Assembly (NCBI RefSeq): GCF_032062105.1
Contig: NW_026939608.1
Span: 1 to 64,000 of the forward strand
DNA from: Saccostrea cucullata
Taxonomy: Eukaryota
Direction of reading: 5' to 3'
Length of the DNA: 64,000 nucleotides
The translations under genes and the position numbers were made by a program. The notes below the pieces were generated by a model. It was not told the DNA's origin and did not search any database. It was given only the letters and a program-made list of their open reading frames with translations. Of the stretch, positions 12,062-24,605 are shown piece after piece; within the stretch, counting starts at the first letter, position 1; every line of letters starts with the position of its first letter.

Positions 12062-13470
12062 TATTATACCCCACGCAACTAGTTGCGGGAGGTATAATGT
12101 TTGTGACCCGTCCGTCCGTCAGTCAGTCAGTCGGTCAGTCCGTCAGTCAGTCAGTCATTCAGTCAGTCAGTCCTCTTTTTTTGTCAGCGCAACTCCTCAT
12201 AAACCGCTGCACAGAATTTCGTCAAACTTTGCAGGTATTTAGGACACAATGTGTAGATGTGCATATTACCAGGAAATTCCGATTCCATTATTTTTTCCGG
12301 GAATTTCCGCACTCTTTAACTTAGGCATCTGGCCATACCTTGAATATAGAGATGAACAGCTTGTCAGCGCAACTCCTAATAAACCGCTGCACAGAAATTC
12401 GTCAAACTTTGCAGGTATTTAGGACACAATGTGTAGATGTGCATATTACAAGGAAATTCCGATTCCATCATTTTTTTCCGGGAATTTCCGCACCTTTTAA
12501 CTTAGGCATTTGGCTAATCCTTGAATATAGAGATGAACAGTTTTTCAGCGCAACTCCTCATAAACCTCTGCACAGAATTGTTAAACTTTGCAGGTATTTA
12601 GGACACAATATGTAGATGTGCATATTCCCAGGAAATTCCGATTCCGTTATTTTTTCCGGGACTTTCCGCACTAAATACTTAGATTTTTGGCCATACCTTG
12701 AATATAGAGATGAACAGTTTGTCAGCGCAACTCCTCATAAACTGCTGCACAGAATTTCGTTAATTTTTGCAGATATTTAGGACACAATATGTAGATGTGC
12801 ATATTACCAGGAAATTCCGATTCCGTTATTTTTTCCGGGACTTTTCGCACTAAAAACTTAGGATTTTGGCCATACCTTTTGTGTAGAGATGAACAGTTTG
12901 TCATCACAACTCCTCATAAACCACTGCACAGAATTTCGTTAAACTTTGCAGATATTTAGGACACAATATGTAGATGTGCATATTACCAGGAAATTCCGAT
13001 TCCTTCATTTTTCCGGGAATTTCCACACTTTCCAACTTAGACTTTTTGGCCATATTTTGAATATAGAGATAGTTTGTCAGCACCATTCCTCTTAAACTGT
13101 TGTACATAGTTTCGTCAACCTATGCAGATATTGAGGACATATTCCATTATTTTATCCCAAAGAGTTTTGCCTAATATTCAAGAAAATTTCTCCCCCCCCC
13201 ACCCTCCCCCCCCCCCCAACCACTTCAAATTAATGTTTGGATTTGTATAATGCCAAGGAATTTTGATTCCATTATTTATCTAGAAACTTCATTCCACATT
13301 TAAATGTCCTCATATGCAAGACATTTTGATGTGAAGATTTTTTTTTTTTGCAATTACTGCCCTTTTTGATCTATACTATGTATTTAAAGTGCACTGTGCC
13401 TTTCATTATGTGTTTCACCGTCAAGTTTTGGGGGAGCGTGGGGTATGTGAGCTAGCTCACTTTTTCTTTC
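12062..13470 (+). mobile_element. Helentron-like HINE with ~180 bp tandem array
   Basis: 5' TATACCCCACGCAACTAGTTGCGG hairpin, (GTCA/GTCC)n microsatellite, monomers at 12181/12361/~12541/12719/12899, 3' GCGTGGGGTAT plus GTGAGCTAGCTCAC palindrome. Confidence 0.85.
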
Positions 13471-13699
13471 ATTTTTGTAATAGTTCAGTAAAATAATTCT
13501 TCATTGATAACATGTAGAAAATCATAAGTAAAATTTGCTTTTAACTAAATATTTATTGTTATAATGTTTCAATTTCATTGTCATTTTTCATCAAGATATT
13601 TGATAATTTTGACTATGTAAAAAGAGTTTACGTCTCCCCCCAACCTGACAATTAGTCCGTGTTTGTCCTTCTATTTTGTGTTGTTTTAGGAACTTTTTA

Positions 13700-14750
13700 T
13701 CATGAATACTGTTCGTTATCTCCATATCTTTCGTGTATGCTACAGTAACTGTAAACCGAAGAATGGTACTGTCTCCATTATTACTTGGGGTAGATATTCG
13801 TCCCATCTGTTCTGTTCTCTTTGACTATACATGGTGAGCATTCTTGCTAAGGTATGATTGAAACGTTCAATATTTCCTTTACTTTGAGATCTCGTACTAG
13901 TCGTTCTGGTTTTGTCTATACGAAATAATTGACACATTTGTTGAAACGATTGAGATTCGAAGTTGCGACACAAGATGGTTCTGGAGTTGTGTGCCAAAAC
14001 TACAAAAGAATTCTTTTAGTAATACTTTCAGAACTGTTTCTGCCTACTGGTTGAGTATTGCATACTGTCCACTCGCTGAAACAATCGCAGACGATCAGTA
14101 CATGTATATACTTGTTGCCTTGGAGGGATAGAGGAAGCGGACCCATGATGTCGTGGTCAATTCTCTCCACTGGTTCACCAACCAGATATTGTCTATGGGG
14201 TGCAACTCTTTGTCAGCAGGTTTCTATCTTGCAGAAAATCTCAAACAAGCTCTAGCTACAGTGCCACCCATTTAAAAAAACTATATTTATTACGCACAAA
14301 AAAGTACCCTGATTCTCAATTTATTTCTCCATATTTTCATACTGTCATCTCAAATATTACTAACCGTGTGTTCCTTACGTATTCTTTTACTGTTTCGAAC
14401 AACAAAAACATTCCTTATAATTGTTGTTAATAGCCCCTTCTGCCCCTGAAATTGAGATCATCGAAAATTTCGTCTATTAATACTGCCATTTTTGTTTGCA
14501 AGATAATTCGGTCCAACACACTTCGTGCAGATGTCGACTACGAGAGTACTTCATAGAGGAGTAAGAATTTTTTTTTGAAATCTGTATTATTTGCGTTTGA
14601 GTTTGAGGTAAGAATTTGGAAGAATTGATCCAGAACTAAGCGCAACTTTTTGTGCGCAATAACTATACAGTTTTACAATGGGTGGCACTGTAGCCCTCCT
14701 GTCTGTCAATATCGATTCTATAGTTTGTCGGAAAGTTCTACTACAATGGT
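13700..14750 (-). mobile_element. Second Gypsy integrase fragment (decayed)
   Basis: GEPVERIDHDIMGPLP, RNFESQSFQQMCQLFRIDKTRTT..KGNIERFNHTL..WDEYLP motifs; interrupted by the MITE at 14259-14690. Confidence 0.8.
14259..14690. mobile_element. Tc1/mariner-type MITE
   Basis: TA at 14257-14258 and 14691-14692; TIR CAGTGCCACCCATT / AATGGGTGGCACTG. Confidence 0.85.
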
Positions 14751-14936
14751 GTGGTTAAAAGGAATTGATGAATTTTTTTTCGATCTTATGTACTAAATGT
14801 AAAAATTTTAGTAAGGTTTCATCCGAAAGTGTTGAAAATTTATTTCTGTGATAGGAGAGTATGATTCTATCAGCACTTTTCGAGGTACAGAAATTATATT
14901 TTACATAACTATTATTACAGATAGACATTAATTATA

Positions 14937-15630
14937 CCGTACAGCGGGTTTTTTTGGCGGGTGTAAAATTTGGTGTTTTGCCTACTCAAAGCATCTTCCC
15001 AAGTCAAGAGTTTCTGATCCGCTACGCTCCACATAAACCCTTGACCGAATAGGCTGAGTTTGACAGGGTTTACTGTCACGCCATCTAGTGCGATTACACA
15101 TTTTGAACTCTACTGACCTCTGCTATTAGCCAATCAGAGTAAACAAATTCCACAGAGAATTCGAGATAATACTGGTAGTCGGTAATAAATTCAATATAAC
15201 TCAACTAAAAAGCTGAGACAAACCTTTAACTGGGCTATTCAGTTATAAAAACGTTATCCTTGGGATTAAACTTGCGTGTTTTTCTGTTTACGATTTAGTT
15301 TCAGTTTGAATAAAAAATGATTTGATGATGGTTCATGCAAACTTGCATGAAAAATCAGAGAACGCATTTCTAACCCCGTCAAACTTAGCCTATTCGATCA
15401 AGGGTTTATGTGGAGCGGAGCGGATATGAAATTCTTGACTTGGGAAGATGGCTCAAAGCTATGCCAATAATTATGGCGTAATTCTTTTAGCGGACCCCGG
15501 GTCTCAGCTCTTTGCAGATGGACACAAAGAAGAGTACTAAATATTTTAGCGATTAAAATTTAAGCGAACTATCATCAAAACGCCAAAATAAGCCAAAATT
15601 AGCACCCCGCTAAAATAACCCACTATTCGG
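14937..15630. mobile_element. TA-flanked pogo/Tc1-like MITE
   Basis: TA flanks; imperfect TIR CCGTACAGCGGGTTTTTTTGGCGGGTG / CACCCCGCTAAAATAACCCACTATTCGG. Confidence 0.7.
14992..15450. mobile_element. MITE with 8 bp TSD and CAT...ATG termini (P-element-like or hAT-like)
   Basis: TSD ACTCAAAG / GCTCAAAG (1 mismatch); ~80 bp TIR starting CATCTTCCCAAGTCAAGA; nested in the 14937-15630 MITE. Confidence 0.8.
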
Positions 15631-15879
15631 TATCCGCGGGGTCGTGTAGAAATTTTCACCTTTTCGTTAAGTCATATTTTTTTCTGTGACGTCGTGCTTC
15701 CTGTAGTGGAAGTCCCCTTGAAGTTTATAGAATGGATAATGATAGCAAAAGTTTATCCCATGACTTTTCCGATTTATCAATGTTACATTTTACAAAAAAA
15801 GTAAAAATTCGCTAACTTCTGATCTAGATCTGTGTGCTGCCTTAAGATACTTGCGTTGTCATTACAGTTAATGTTTAAT

Positions 15880-16400
15880 CCAATCCAAATGGCTTCTCTT
15901 ACTAGGAAGATTAGGCTTTAAACCTGAAAAATTGGCAAACTGGAAAAGAAGATCTCTTCAAACTTTTTTCCGATCCTTCCAAGAGTATAACTGTTTCATC
16001 TGCATACGTACTGTATTAAGCATACCATTTCCTCAATTTTCACCCCCTTTATGTTTTTATTTTATCTAATAAGGTGAGTATGGCTTTTGCATCGTGTTTC
16101 TCCCCTAGGTTCCTTTTGATAGGAAAGTACTGGGTGTCTCAATCTTCTTCAGATTTACTGCACCCAGAACTTAACATAATTCCCTAGATTACTTGCCACT
16201 GGTGCTTATTCTGTTCTTACCCTTGACTTCTTTTCTCTATCAATCGGTCTTCTCATTTCAGCCTTCAGATTCAGCCGTAACCTTCTAAATGCCTGATTTT
16301 CCAAAGCTTCGCTTTATATACCCTTGGCTGGTCTATTCCAAGGGTAGTCAGGTCATTCCATTATTTTGGGTCTTCTGTGCGTTTATTTATTGCCCCATAA
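15880..16400 (-). mobile_element. Non-LTR retrotransposon RT fragment (L1/Tx1-like), decayed
   Basis: Minus strand gives NKNIKGVKI..YADETVILLEGSEKSL..LLFQFANFSGLKPN, matching the L1/Tx1 RT pattern IKGI.I..QYADDT..F...SGL..N. Confidence 0.7.
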
Positions 16401-19400
16401 CCATTACAATACTTCATTAATAAGGGACACAAACAGTGGTTATTTATACTATTTAACAGATTCAACTTGTAAATACTAAGGACAAAGAGAGACAACTCTA
16501 CTAAACGTCAATAAGTTTGTAGCAAAGTAACATTTTAAGAACCATAGCGGGTATTTATGTTTCTGACATGGCGTATCTGAACTAAAATTTATTATAAATG
16601 TTTGAAAATGAGTTTAGATATACATGATATATGCTATTTATGTAAAATATGGTAATATAACCTATTTCGAGCTTGAATAACCTCACGTTTTTATTGTTAA
16701 ATTGACTTTAAATTGGTCTACATTTTGTAAGTGTGGTTTCGGTAAATAAATCGATCATTGTTTCAAATTCTTAAGGTCTTTCGATCCTCAGTTTTAATGG
16801 TTGAAAGTACAAAACCTGCATTTATTTTCATTTAATACACTTTATAGAGAAAACACATGAATGAAGATACCCAGGAATGAGTTATTGCCCTTGTCAGTAT
16901 TTTTTAAAGGTTGAATATCTAATTGATTAAATAAAGAAAATATATACATTTTTTAAATTCTTTAAATGTAACTCAAAAATATTTATCATTTCACCTATTG
17001 AAAAGCATTCTTCCAAAAGACATTGTTACATTTTGTATGAAGTTGAATTAATAACAGATTTTGCAAAAAACCTTTGACATCATAAGAGGATGGAAATACC
17101 TTAATATCTTTGAAATGCGATTAATTTAAATTGTGTAAATTACAGGAGGGTCCTATGTAAAATAACAAATAGAAATATCTTTTTCTTTAATTTTGGTAAT
17201 CTGAACTTATTTAACAAAATTCGAAAGATCACAAACTTGTAAGTTAAATTTAAATAAAAATTAAACAAGCCCGTTTTCGGTGTCTTTGTTGGTGAGATGC
17301 CATTTTTATGTCATATTGTTTTAAATATGAACGCCGTATCATTTGTCATTCAGAAGTTATCACTGAAGTTGAGTTTTTAATTAGGTCAATCGTGAAGGTC
17401 ATGGGGTCATAAATCATTGCGTGCTCGGAAATATCTTACCACAGGTAATGCACATGTCAAATGTGAAAGCCCCATCTCTTCTCAATCAAAAATAGTTTAA
17501 GGTCAAGGTCACAAGATCAAGAATCATAATGTATTTAAAAAGGTGTAAACAGGCCATGAGCTCTTTAATTGTTAATGTTTACGATTCACCGGGTGTGTTC
17601 AATTGTTTAAGTCTGCACACACCACTGAGCACGGACTGACAATATACTTTGAGAGGGTTTTGCTTTCCAGCATTTTTACTCTGAATTTTCTAGTATTTTT
17701 CATAAATACACAACAAAATTGCCAATTTATTAAGAATAAAATTAAATTAAAATAATTTGTGAAAGTGCAATGGGTGTGTTAATCAAACCCGTCCAGAAAT
17801 TTAAAGTTTCAATAACTTCGAGATAAAATTAAGATTTTTATTATTGAATTTTCGTGTAAAATGCTATTGCGATATATAAGTCGTGATAATATACAGGAAA
17901 TCTGAGGAAACATCAACTTCAAATCTGTGAACAAAGATCCTCGATAACTAATGCATATTTTGAATGAATTGTGTTGAAAACTAAGATAATTTAAAAAAAA
18001 ATCCTCGGGCAGAAAAAATTAGGACAGAAAGAAAATTTAAATTGTCTGTTAATTTGTCCTTTGTAGCCCCGAATGACTCTTGGCCAGTGGAAGAGCAAGG
18101 AATGAGTCAATGTGAAATCTTTCATTATGGCAGAAGTAGCCCGCCATAGAACTTTTATAATGTTTGAGGTTGTCGTTAAATGTTTTATCGATGTTACGAT
18201 TAATATTTATGAAAATAGTGGGAGATTTTTTGCCATTCGCAGTTTTATTATTATATCAACATCCAAATGGTTCAAATATATGAAAGTTCAGTATGTAAAT
18301 AATATAAGTCGCAAACCGGAAAAATAACAAACCCAGAATGTTATTGGCTCAAATTGTCAGTGAACACGTGCTGAAGGAATGATTACGGTAGAAACTGGGC
18401 TATTGTGTCATAAAATAAACAAGCATGCAGTAGAGAGGCAAAGATCGAATCCTTGAGCGAAGTAAACAGCCATAATTGGCTTATGGAGGTAAATATGGCG
18501 AATATGTTTAATTCGAATAGGCCTACATGTAATCGTGTGTACACGCATTGACAGTAAATGTACAAAAGCTCAGATATTGTTTACCGTATTTTCGCACATC
18601 AGCAAAACACGAAGTAAAAAGTTATCCATCACGGAATTCATTTCGCATTTGCACGTGATTGACATTCTTGTTATAGAGTAGGATTCAGTATGTTCAATGC
18701 ACAGGCAAATAGCTTCTGCATGCATGTTTACATGGTTTATTACAATGTCAGCGATAATTAATGCACCGGTGCGCTCTAATTGTCCATTTAGTTTTTGTAT
18801 AGACGAATCTAGAGTCCTTTATTATACGTAAACAGCATTTGCCATCTGTACGTATCAGGTAAATTATGCTTTAGTTTGGTTCAACTCATTACCAGTATTA
18901 ATTAAAATATAATTATCCTGGACAATGGTATTGATTCATTTATGCTGTTGTCAGCCAGCATTGGCTGTATATTATTATTTTTTCTAGCTAATTCTGATTA
19001 AAGGTAGATTGACATATCTTTAGAGGTTATCTGTGAAAAAGCTGGATCTTAGACTACCTATGGAAGGTTATTTAACCAGTATATTTATTTGTAAATGTTT
19101 ACAAAATAAAATGTTTAAATATTACACATCCAAGATTTTTCAGGATTATGTAAGAGCTAACTCTTCTTATCTTGGTTTATTGACACAAATGTCAACAACT
19201 AGGTCACAACTCTAACGGCCATGCAAGGGTTATTTGATAAGCAAATTGTTTAAATATCTTTGGATGTGTAATATTATGTACTTGTAAATAAATTTTGGTA
19301 TAATTTGGGTGCACGCATGCAATTTTTTTTTGTTTCGTTCGTTTTTTTTTTAAATTTAGTTATACTATGGAGGGATTTGTTTTGTTCTTTTCTTTTGTAA

Positions 19401-19594
19401 ATAACTAAGGACAGATCCCTTTATTTAAATTTTATATGCATGCTAAAAAAATTATCATAGTGGGATTATTCATTGTGTTAGTTGTAATATTCAGAGAATG
19501 TTCATATCATAAATTTTTATTAAAAAAATACTTTGGTCTGCTTTGCCAAAAATAATTTAAATGTTTGATTTTTTTTATAGACAAGTAAGTTGCC

Positions 19595-20965
19595 ATGGAA
19601 ACCTTTGGAGGGACATGGCGAGACAATTGCCAACAGCAGGGCGACAGGATGGATTTGGGCGAGGAACTTCTGGAGGCAATTTGGTGCAACAAGCCTGATG
19701 AGGTTTCCAAACTGATCGATGATGGGGCCGATGTTAATCAGATGGGACTGGTTTTCCAGGATGAACCTATTACCCCTTTAAGCCTAGCATGTAAAATGGG
19801 GCACATGGACATTGTGAAAATTCTAGTCCAGAGGAAGGCGGACTTGAACCAGTCAGGGCATGATGGGAAGACTGCTATGCATTACGCTTGTGAAGGAGAT
19901 GAACGAAGGGATGAAAAGAAAGAGAATTTACTGGAAATACTGGGCTTTCTTATAAAGAATGGTGCTAATGTGGAGGCTATGAACAACATGCGATGTACTC
20001 CACTTTTTTCCGCATGTGAAATGGATGATGTGGATATGGTTAAACTATTGGTGCAGTCTGGTTGTAAAGTGAATGTGCAGTCAGTGAATGGTGATTCCCC
20101 CATGAAATTGGCCTGTAGGAATGCTAAGTTCTGGACATACTGGCATAGTAGGGAAATGTATGCTAACAGTACGCAGTGTAATCCCCATAATTTACCACCA
20201 GTTCAGATAACAAAGATATTGCTGCACTCCAATGCTAACATCTCAGAGGCCACCCTTCTCCCGACTGCTGTGCAGTTTGGTGACCTAAAACTTGTGAAAG
20301 AACTGATTGAGTTAGGGATGGACATCAATATGCTGGATGACAATATGTGCACACCTCTAGGTTCTGCATGTTCATGTGTGAATGTGAAAGCAGATGTAGT
20401 GAAACTTCTTCTGGAGCATGGTGCTGACATCAATCGAGGAGGCGGGTGGAAGAAGCAGAAACCAATCATCTTTGCCTACGTCCACAATTCTGTGAATAAA
20501 ATCAAACTTTTGCTGTCTTACGGAGCTACATTAACAAGGGAGGAAATGACTAATCTAGTATCGCTTTCATTTTCGAAAGCTATTTTAGAAAACCCTGAAG
20601 TCATAACTCCATGGAGTAAAGAGCTGATGTCCTGGAACTTGCTGCTGGCTGCAGGATTTATTCCTGTGGACAATGACCCCGTCCTTGCCAATAAACTAGA
20701 TCAACTCCGTCTGTGTAGCAGCTATGACAAGATTAGTCCCTGGATATGGGACATGATATTTCCTTCCAGATCTTTAAAAGATTTGTGTCGCATTGCCATC
20801 AGAGATAATTTGAAAAACCTTGTCAAAGATATTGCCATTGAATTGCTTCCATTGCCGACAGAAATTAAAAAATATCTGCAATTTAGTGAATTTTATTTGC
20901 CAGAGAAGGTCACTTCTAGTGATTCATATGGTTCTAAGTCTCCTGTCAAACCGCCTTGTACATAA
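19595..20965 (+). CDS. Ankyrin repeat and SOCS box protein (ASB-like), 456 aa, single coding exon
   Basis: Multiple ankyrin repeats (TPLSLAC, TAMHYAC, TPLFSAC, TPLGSAC; GADVN/GADIN turns). C-terminal SOCS box with BC box SLKDLCRIAIR and Cul5 box LPLPTEIKKYL. Kozak gccATGG; splice acceptor at 19580 just upstream. Confidence 0.92.
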   Translation: METFGGTWRDNCQQQGDRMDLGEELLEAIWCNKPDEVSKLIDDGADVNQMGLVFQDEPITPLSLACKMGHMDIVKILVQRKADLNQSGHDGKTAMHYACEGDERRDEKKENLLEILGFLIKNGANVEAMNNMRCTPLFSACEMDDVDMVKLLVQSGCKVNVQSVNGDSPMKLACRNAKFWTYWHSREMYANSTQCNPHNLPPVQITKILLHSNANISEATLLPTAVQFGDLKLVKELIELGMDINMLDDNMCTPLGSACSCVNVKADVVKLLLEHGADINRGGGWKKQKPIIFAYVHNSVNKIKLLLSYGATLTREEMTNLVSLSFSKAILENPEVITPWSKELMSWNLLLAAGFIPVDNDPVLANKLDQLRLCSSYDKISPWIWDMIFPSRSLKDLCRIAIRDNLKNLVKDIAIELLPLPTEIKKYLQFSEFYLPEKVTSSDSYGSKSPVKPPCT

Positions 20966-21261
20966 TATAACATTATTGTAATATGATTACATTAATTTTG
21001 CTGTTGACCAAAGTATGTATCCAATTTTAATTTATATCGCCAAAGAATTTAAATATGTGCTGATTGTATTTTATTTACATAGATGTAGGTTATTATTGCG
21101 AATTATTAACACGTGCCATATTATTCAGTTGTGAGAAGGAAGGCATTAAAATTCGTGCATTTTGTTTGCAACAAACCATTACTAGTATTATCATTCTGTT
21201 AAATTATTTATATACACCTGAATTAAAAATGCTTCTAAAATATATTGTTTTGCATCAAGAG

Positions 21262-21596
21262 TTCTAAATTGTAAAAATCATGACCCCCGGGGGAAGGGCG
21301 GGGCCACAATTGGCAATCAAAGTTTTACATAGAAATATAAAGGAAAAATCTTTGAAAATCTTCTTCTCAAGAACACTGGGCCAGAAAAGCTGAAACTTAT
21401 GTGGAAGCATCATGGGGTAGTATAGATTTCAAAATGTCTAAATTATGATCTGTGGGGTACATTTATATTACTTCCATCAATAGACTGAAAATAAGAGAAC
21501 CTCTCAATTGAAAGGACACAGAATTCACAAGAGGGTGGGAATGCATTATGTACTACAAGGGGGAAATCTGGTAAAGAACAGAATGGTCAAAGCTAA

Positions 21597-21632
<36 letters not shown>
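21262..21632 (+). mobile_element. 5'-truncated HINE carrying ~170 bp satellite monomers (same family as 61262-62030)
   Basis: The monomer sequence and the 3' end CTCAGGTGAGCGATGTGGCCCATGGGCCTCTTGTT are shared with the WDR55-intron copy. Confidence 0.8.
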
Positions 21633-21633
<1 letters not shown>

Positions 21634-22368
21634 CCTTTTGTAAAACCACGAAAAAACAATAAATCAAAAAAAAAAAAAAAGAAATATCGCATATGCAAAA
21701 ATCCTGTATTTTTTACTAAGTATGTAATTATATATAGCATCTATATTTATACATGATTAATTAAATAAATGCATGAACAGGTCTATCCCATTTCTAAATG
21801 ATGCTATCTATATTTTCATTCACTGAATTAGCTAATTGAAGGAACATAATTTTTTTTAACTTTATAAATGACATTTTATCAATACGTGTATATTTCACTT
21901 TGGTAGAAGTACATGCATCATTATTTATTTTAACTAATCAAATTAAAGTCCACCGTGGATATGTAAAGATGTAAAATCTACATTACCTGATAATACGACG
22001 GATTCTGAAGATTTTCTTTTAACTATAATCAGTCTATTCAAACTCCACCGCACACGTGCATAATTAAAAATATATGCAAAAAAAAAATAAATAAATAAAA
22101 TAAAAATAAACAAATAAAAAATAAAGCACCGCTGCCTGATTTTAAAGCGGGTTTTCAAGATATTTAACCCCATTTGCGTCGAAGCGTTTGTAATTTTCTG
22201 TTTAAAATTCGCTTATGAGCATTTAAAAAATTACAATTTACTCGAAGGTAGTAAGGTCCTAATTGGACTGAGTCAATCTAGCTGCTCTGCCAAAGAGCAG
22301 TGATATGTAAATATCCTTACTGTGTTAAACGTATATGAAATGAAGCTAAGTCTAAGAATTGTTTATAT

Positions 22369-22514
22369 CACAGGCGGATTTAGACCCCCCAACACTCTGT
22401 GTCCAAAACATACATGAAATAATTACTAGTAATAAATCAATTTTTTGGTGTGGCTGTGGACCCTGACCTCAAAATGGTCGCCCTCCCTTCTCAAGATTCC
22501 TGGATCCGCCACTG
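22369..22514. mobile_element. Short MITE (CAGTGGCGGAT-type termini)
   Basis: Termini CACAGGCGGATT / GGATCCGCCACTG; internal similarity to the reverse complement of 24089-24240. Confidence 0.6.
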
Positions 22515-22882
22515 TATTTATATTACTTACCACTTTCAATATTATAATGTAAGACTTGTTACACGATAAACAATGAAAAGAACATTTTTTAAATTATTAT
22601 TAAACCAGTCATTGTAATCTATACTTAAATATCGATGAGGATTCAACGAAAAGTTTGGGGAGGTGTGCGCTTTATAAAACGTGAAAAAAGAGCGTTTAAC
22701 TTTATATTGTTTCTATCACAGACTGTGGTGTTCATAAACAATACCTACTACAAACACAAAATCTAAATTAATTTAAAGTTGGTTCAAAATTTATTCTTAA
22801 TTAAAAGAGGGCGCAGCTTCTTAAAAAATGCAGGTGTCTTTGTCATATTTGTACGTATTTCCTGTCATTCTCGTACGTTTCC

Positions 22883-22914
22883 ATTGTGACGATGTTTGAT
22901 TATGACGTCACAAT
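22883..22914 (+). promoter_or_regulatory. CRE (TGACGTCA) within a short inverted repeat upstream of the orphan ORF
   Basis: Perfect TGACGTCA at 22903-22910; ATTGTGACG (22883-22891) is inverted to CGTCACAAT (22906-22914); the ATG is 25 bp downstream. Confidence 0.4.
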
Positions 22915-22938
22915 AGTTCTATTCACGACGAAATAAGT

Positions 22939-23355
22939 ATGGCGGCATCAAATCCATTTATGAAGTTATTTAGTAGAAGAAGAAACAGAGTGGCCGCATA
23001 CGCTCCGACAACGGAGACAGCTGAGCATGAAGCTCCTGATATTCCACGACAGACTGTGCCATCTGAAGCTCCGGCTCCGAGACCAAGGAGGGGGATACTG
23101 GGTCGGCTGAGGGGCGCCTGGAGGAGGATCAGGAAAATTGGTCGCAACCGGGTGCACCCTCAGCCACCCGAAACGGAACCCCCCGTACAAAATGACAGAG
23201 AAATTCAATCTCCGACAGAATCTCTGGCCAGTATCACGATAAGTATAATGAAGACGCCATCATTGATCTCGCTTGTGGCCAGCCAGGCCTATACGTGTGT
23301 CTTGAGTGAGGAGGAGGAGGATTCAAATGTTTTGATTTCGTGTTATGACAGATGA
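22939..23355 (+). CDS. Hypothetical Arg/Pro-rich disordered protein (138 aa)
   Basis: GC-rich ORF in AT-rich surroundings, good start context (agtATGG), upstream CRE, downstream donor (23368) and acceptor (23550), and AATAAA signals. No recognisable domain. Confidence 0.5.
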   Translation: MAASNPFMKLFSRRRNRVAAYAPTTETAEHEAPDIPRQTVPSEAPAPRPRRGILGRLRGAWRRIRKIGRNRVHPQPPETEPPVQNDREIQSPTESLASITISIMKTPSLISLVASQAYTCVLSEEEEDSNVLISCYDR

Positions 23356-24088
23356 ATATCCATAAAGGTACGGGTAATACCATAGCCATGTATTAAACGT
23401 TTGAGTTAATATGTACCGAAAAATGCCATATTTGATAAACAAGTAAAAATCTACCATTGTAGATGGCATTGCTGTCTTTGTTTGGTAAAGGAGTGAAAAA
23501 TGTATCAAATTGGTAAAACAGATTTTTCAAAATTATTTTTTTAATTGCAGGTGATGGCTGGCTGTATGACATTGACACCCTCTTACGATATAAAACTTAA
23601 GTTCATTTTAGTTCTTCGTTACACGCCAAAGAACAAATCCGGATTCCATATGTTTACCAGATATATAACTGTAAAATAAAATCATCGAAATCTCAGGTCA
23701 CACGAAAACTATAACCTTTCATTTAATGTCCATATGCTTAATTAAAGTGATACATGTTTCATATGAATTTGTTTTTTTTTTCTGTTAATTTGGTTTTTGA
23801 TTACAATAAAATATTTGTATTCTTATATACTTGTTCATAATTTATCGAATTTCGAAAATTCTTCTTTTCGTGAATGAAAAAAAAAAGAGTATATATAAAA
23901 TCAGGAAAAGTTAATGGAGTAACGAGTGAACAAGAAAGAAAAAAAATTAGCATTGTCGTTTAAAACAAATAAAAATAACTGAACATAAAATTTAATTGAC
24001 CAAACAAATGCTCATGATCTTTATAAATGTTAAATTTTGAAAAATATCTATTCAGTGTTGTAGTAATTCAAGTAAAACTATTAGAATT

Positions 24089-24240
24089 CAGTGGCGGATC
24101 CTGGATTCTTGAAAATGGGGGTCCGTTTAATGGGTTCGGGACAGGGGCCCTAAGTCACACTAATAAATAGATTTTTTAACTCTTATATATTTTGGACACA
24201 AAGGGTGAGAGAGGCTGACCCCCCTTTAAATCCGCCATTG
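24089..24240. mobile_element. Short MITE, inverted sister of 22369-22514
   Basis: Termini CAGTGGCGGATCC / AAATCCGCCATTG; GAATT on both sides. Confidence 0.65.
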
Positions 24241-24605
24241 GAATTGGTAAATGGCGTTTACAATGTTTACACATGTAGGCGTGTCTTCAGGTAAGGTAGC
24301 ATACACGTTTTCAAACAAACAAACAAAAAAAATCAAACGAGTCCAAGAAACAGAAGATCAAAGTTGCGATATTTATTATGTTAATTTTACACGTGTTAGA
24401 AAAACAAAACGGACACGACTACATTTAATAAAGGTCTCACCTATCTTTGGCAATTACTGGCCACAACAAATCAATTTTCTCTTCATTAAACGGTGCATTA
24501 AATCCACCAAAGAAAGGTTGGTTTGCATGACTAAAGTTGTACCACCCATACCATGGAGAAAGGGTAAATATACTTTGCATGGTGTTGAAAATTTCTGAGA
24601 GTTCA

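Noticed and set aside
12040-13107. Several repetitive ORFs on both strands
   Set aside because: They lie in the microsatellite and 180 bp array of a HINE.
19882-20469. Antisense ORFs within the ASB gene
   Set aside because: Shadow frames of the real CDS; the same applies to 44149-44421 and 32018-32596.
24251-24598. 115 aa ORF, or alternative first exon (donor 24291) of the CUB gene
   Set aside because: It is phase-compatible with exon 3 but gives no signal peptide; the 24662-24708 exon fits much better.
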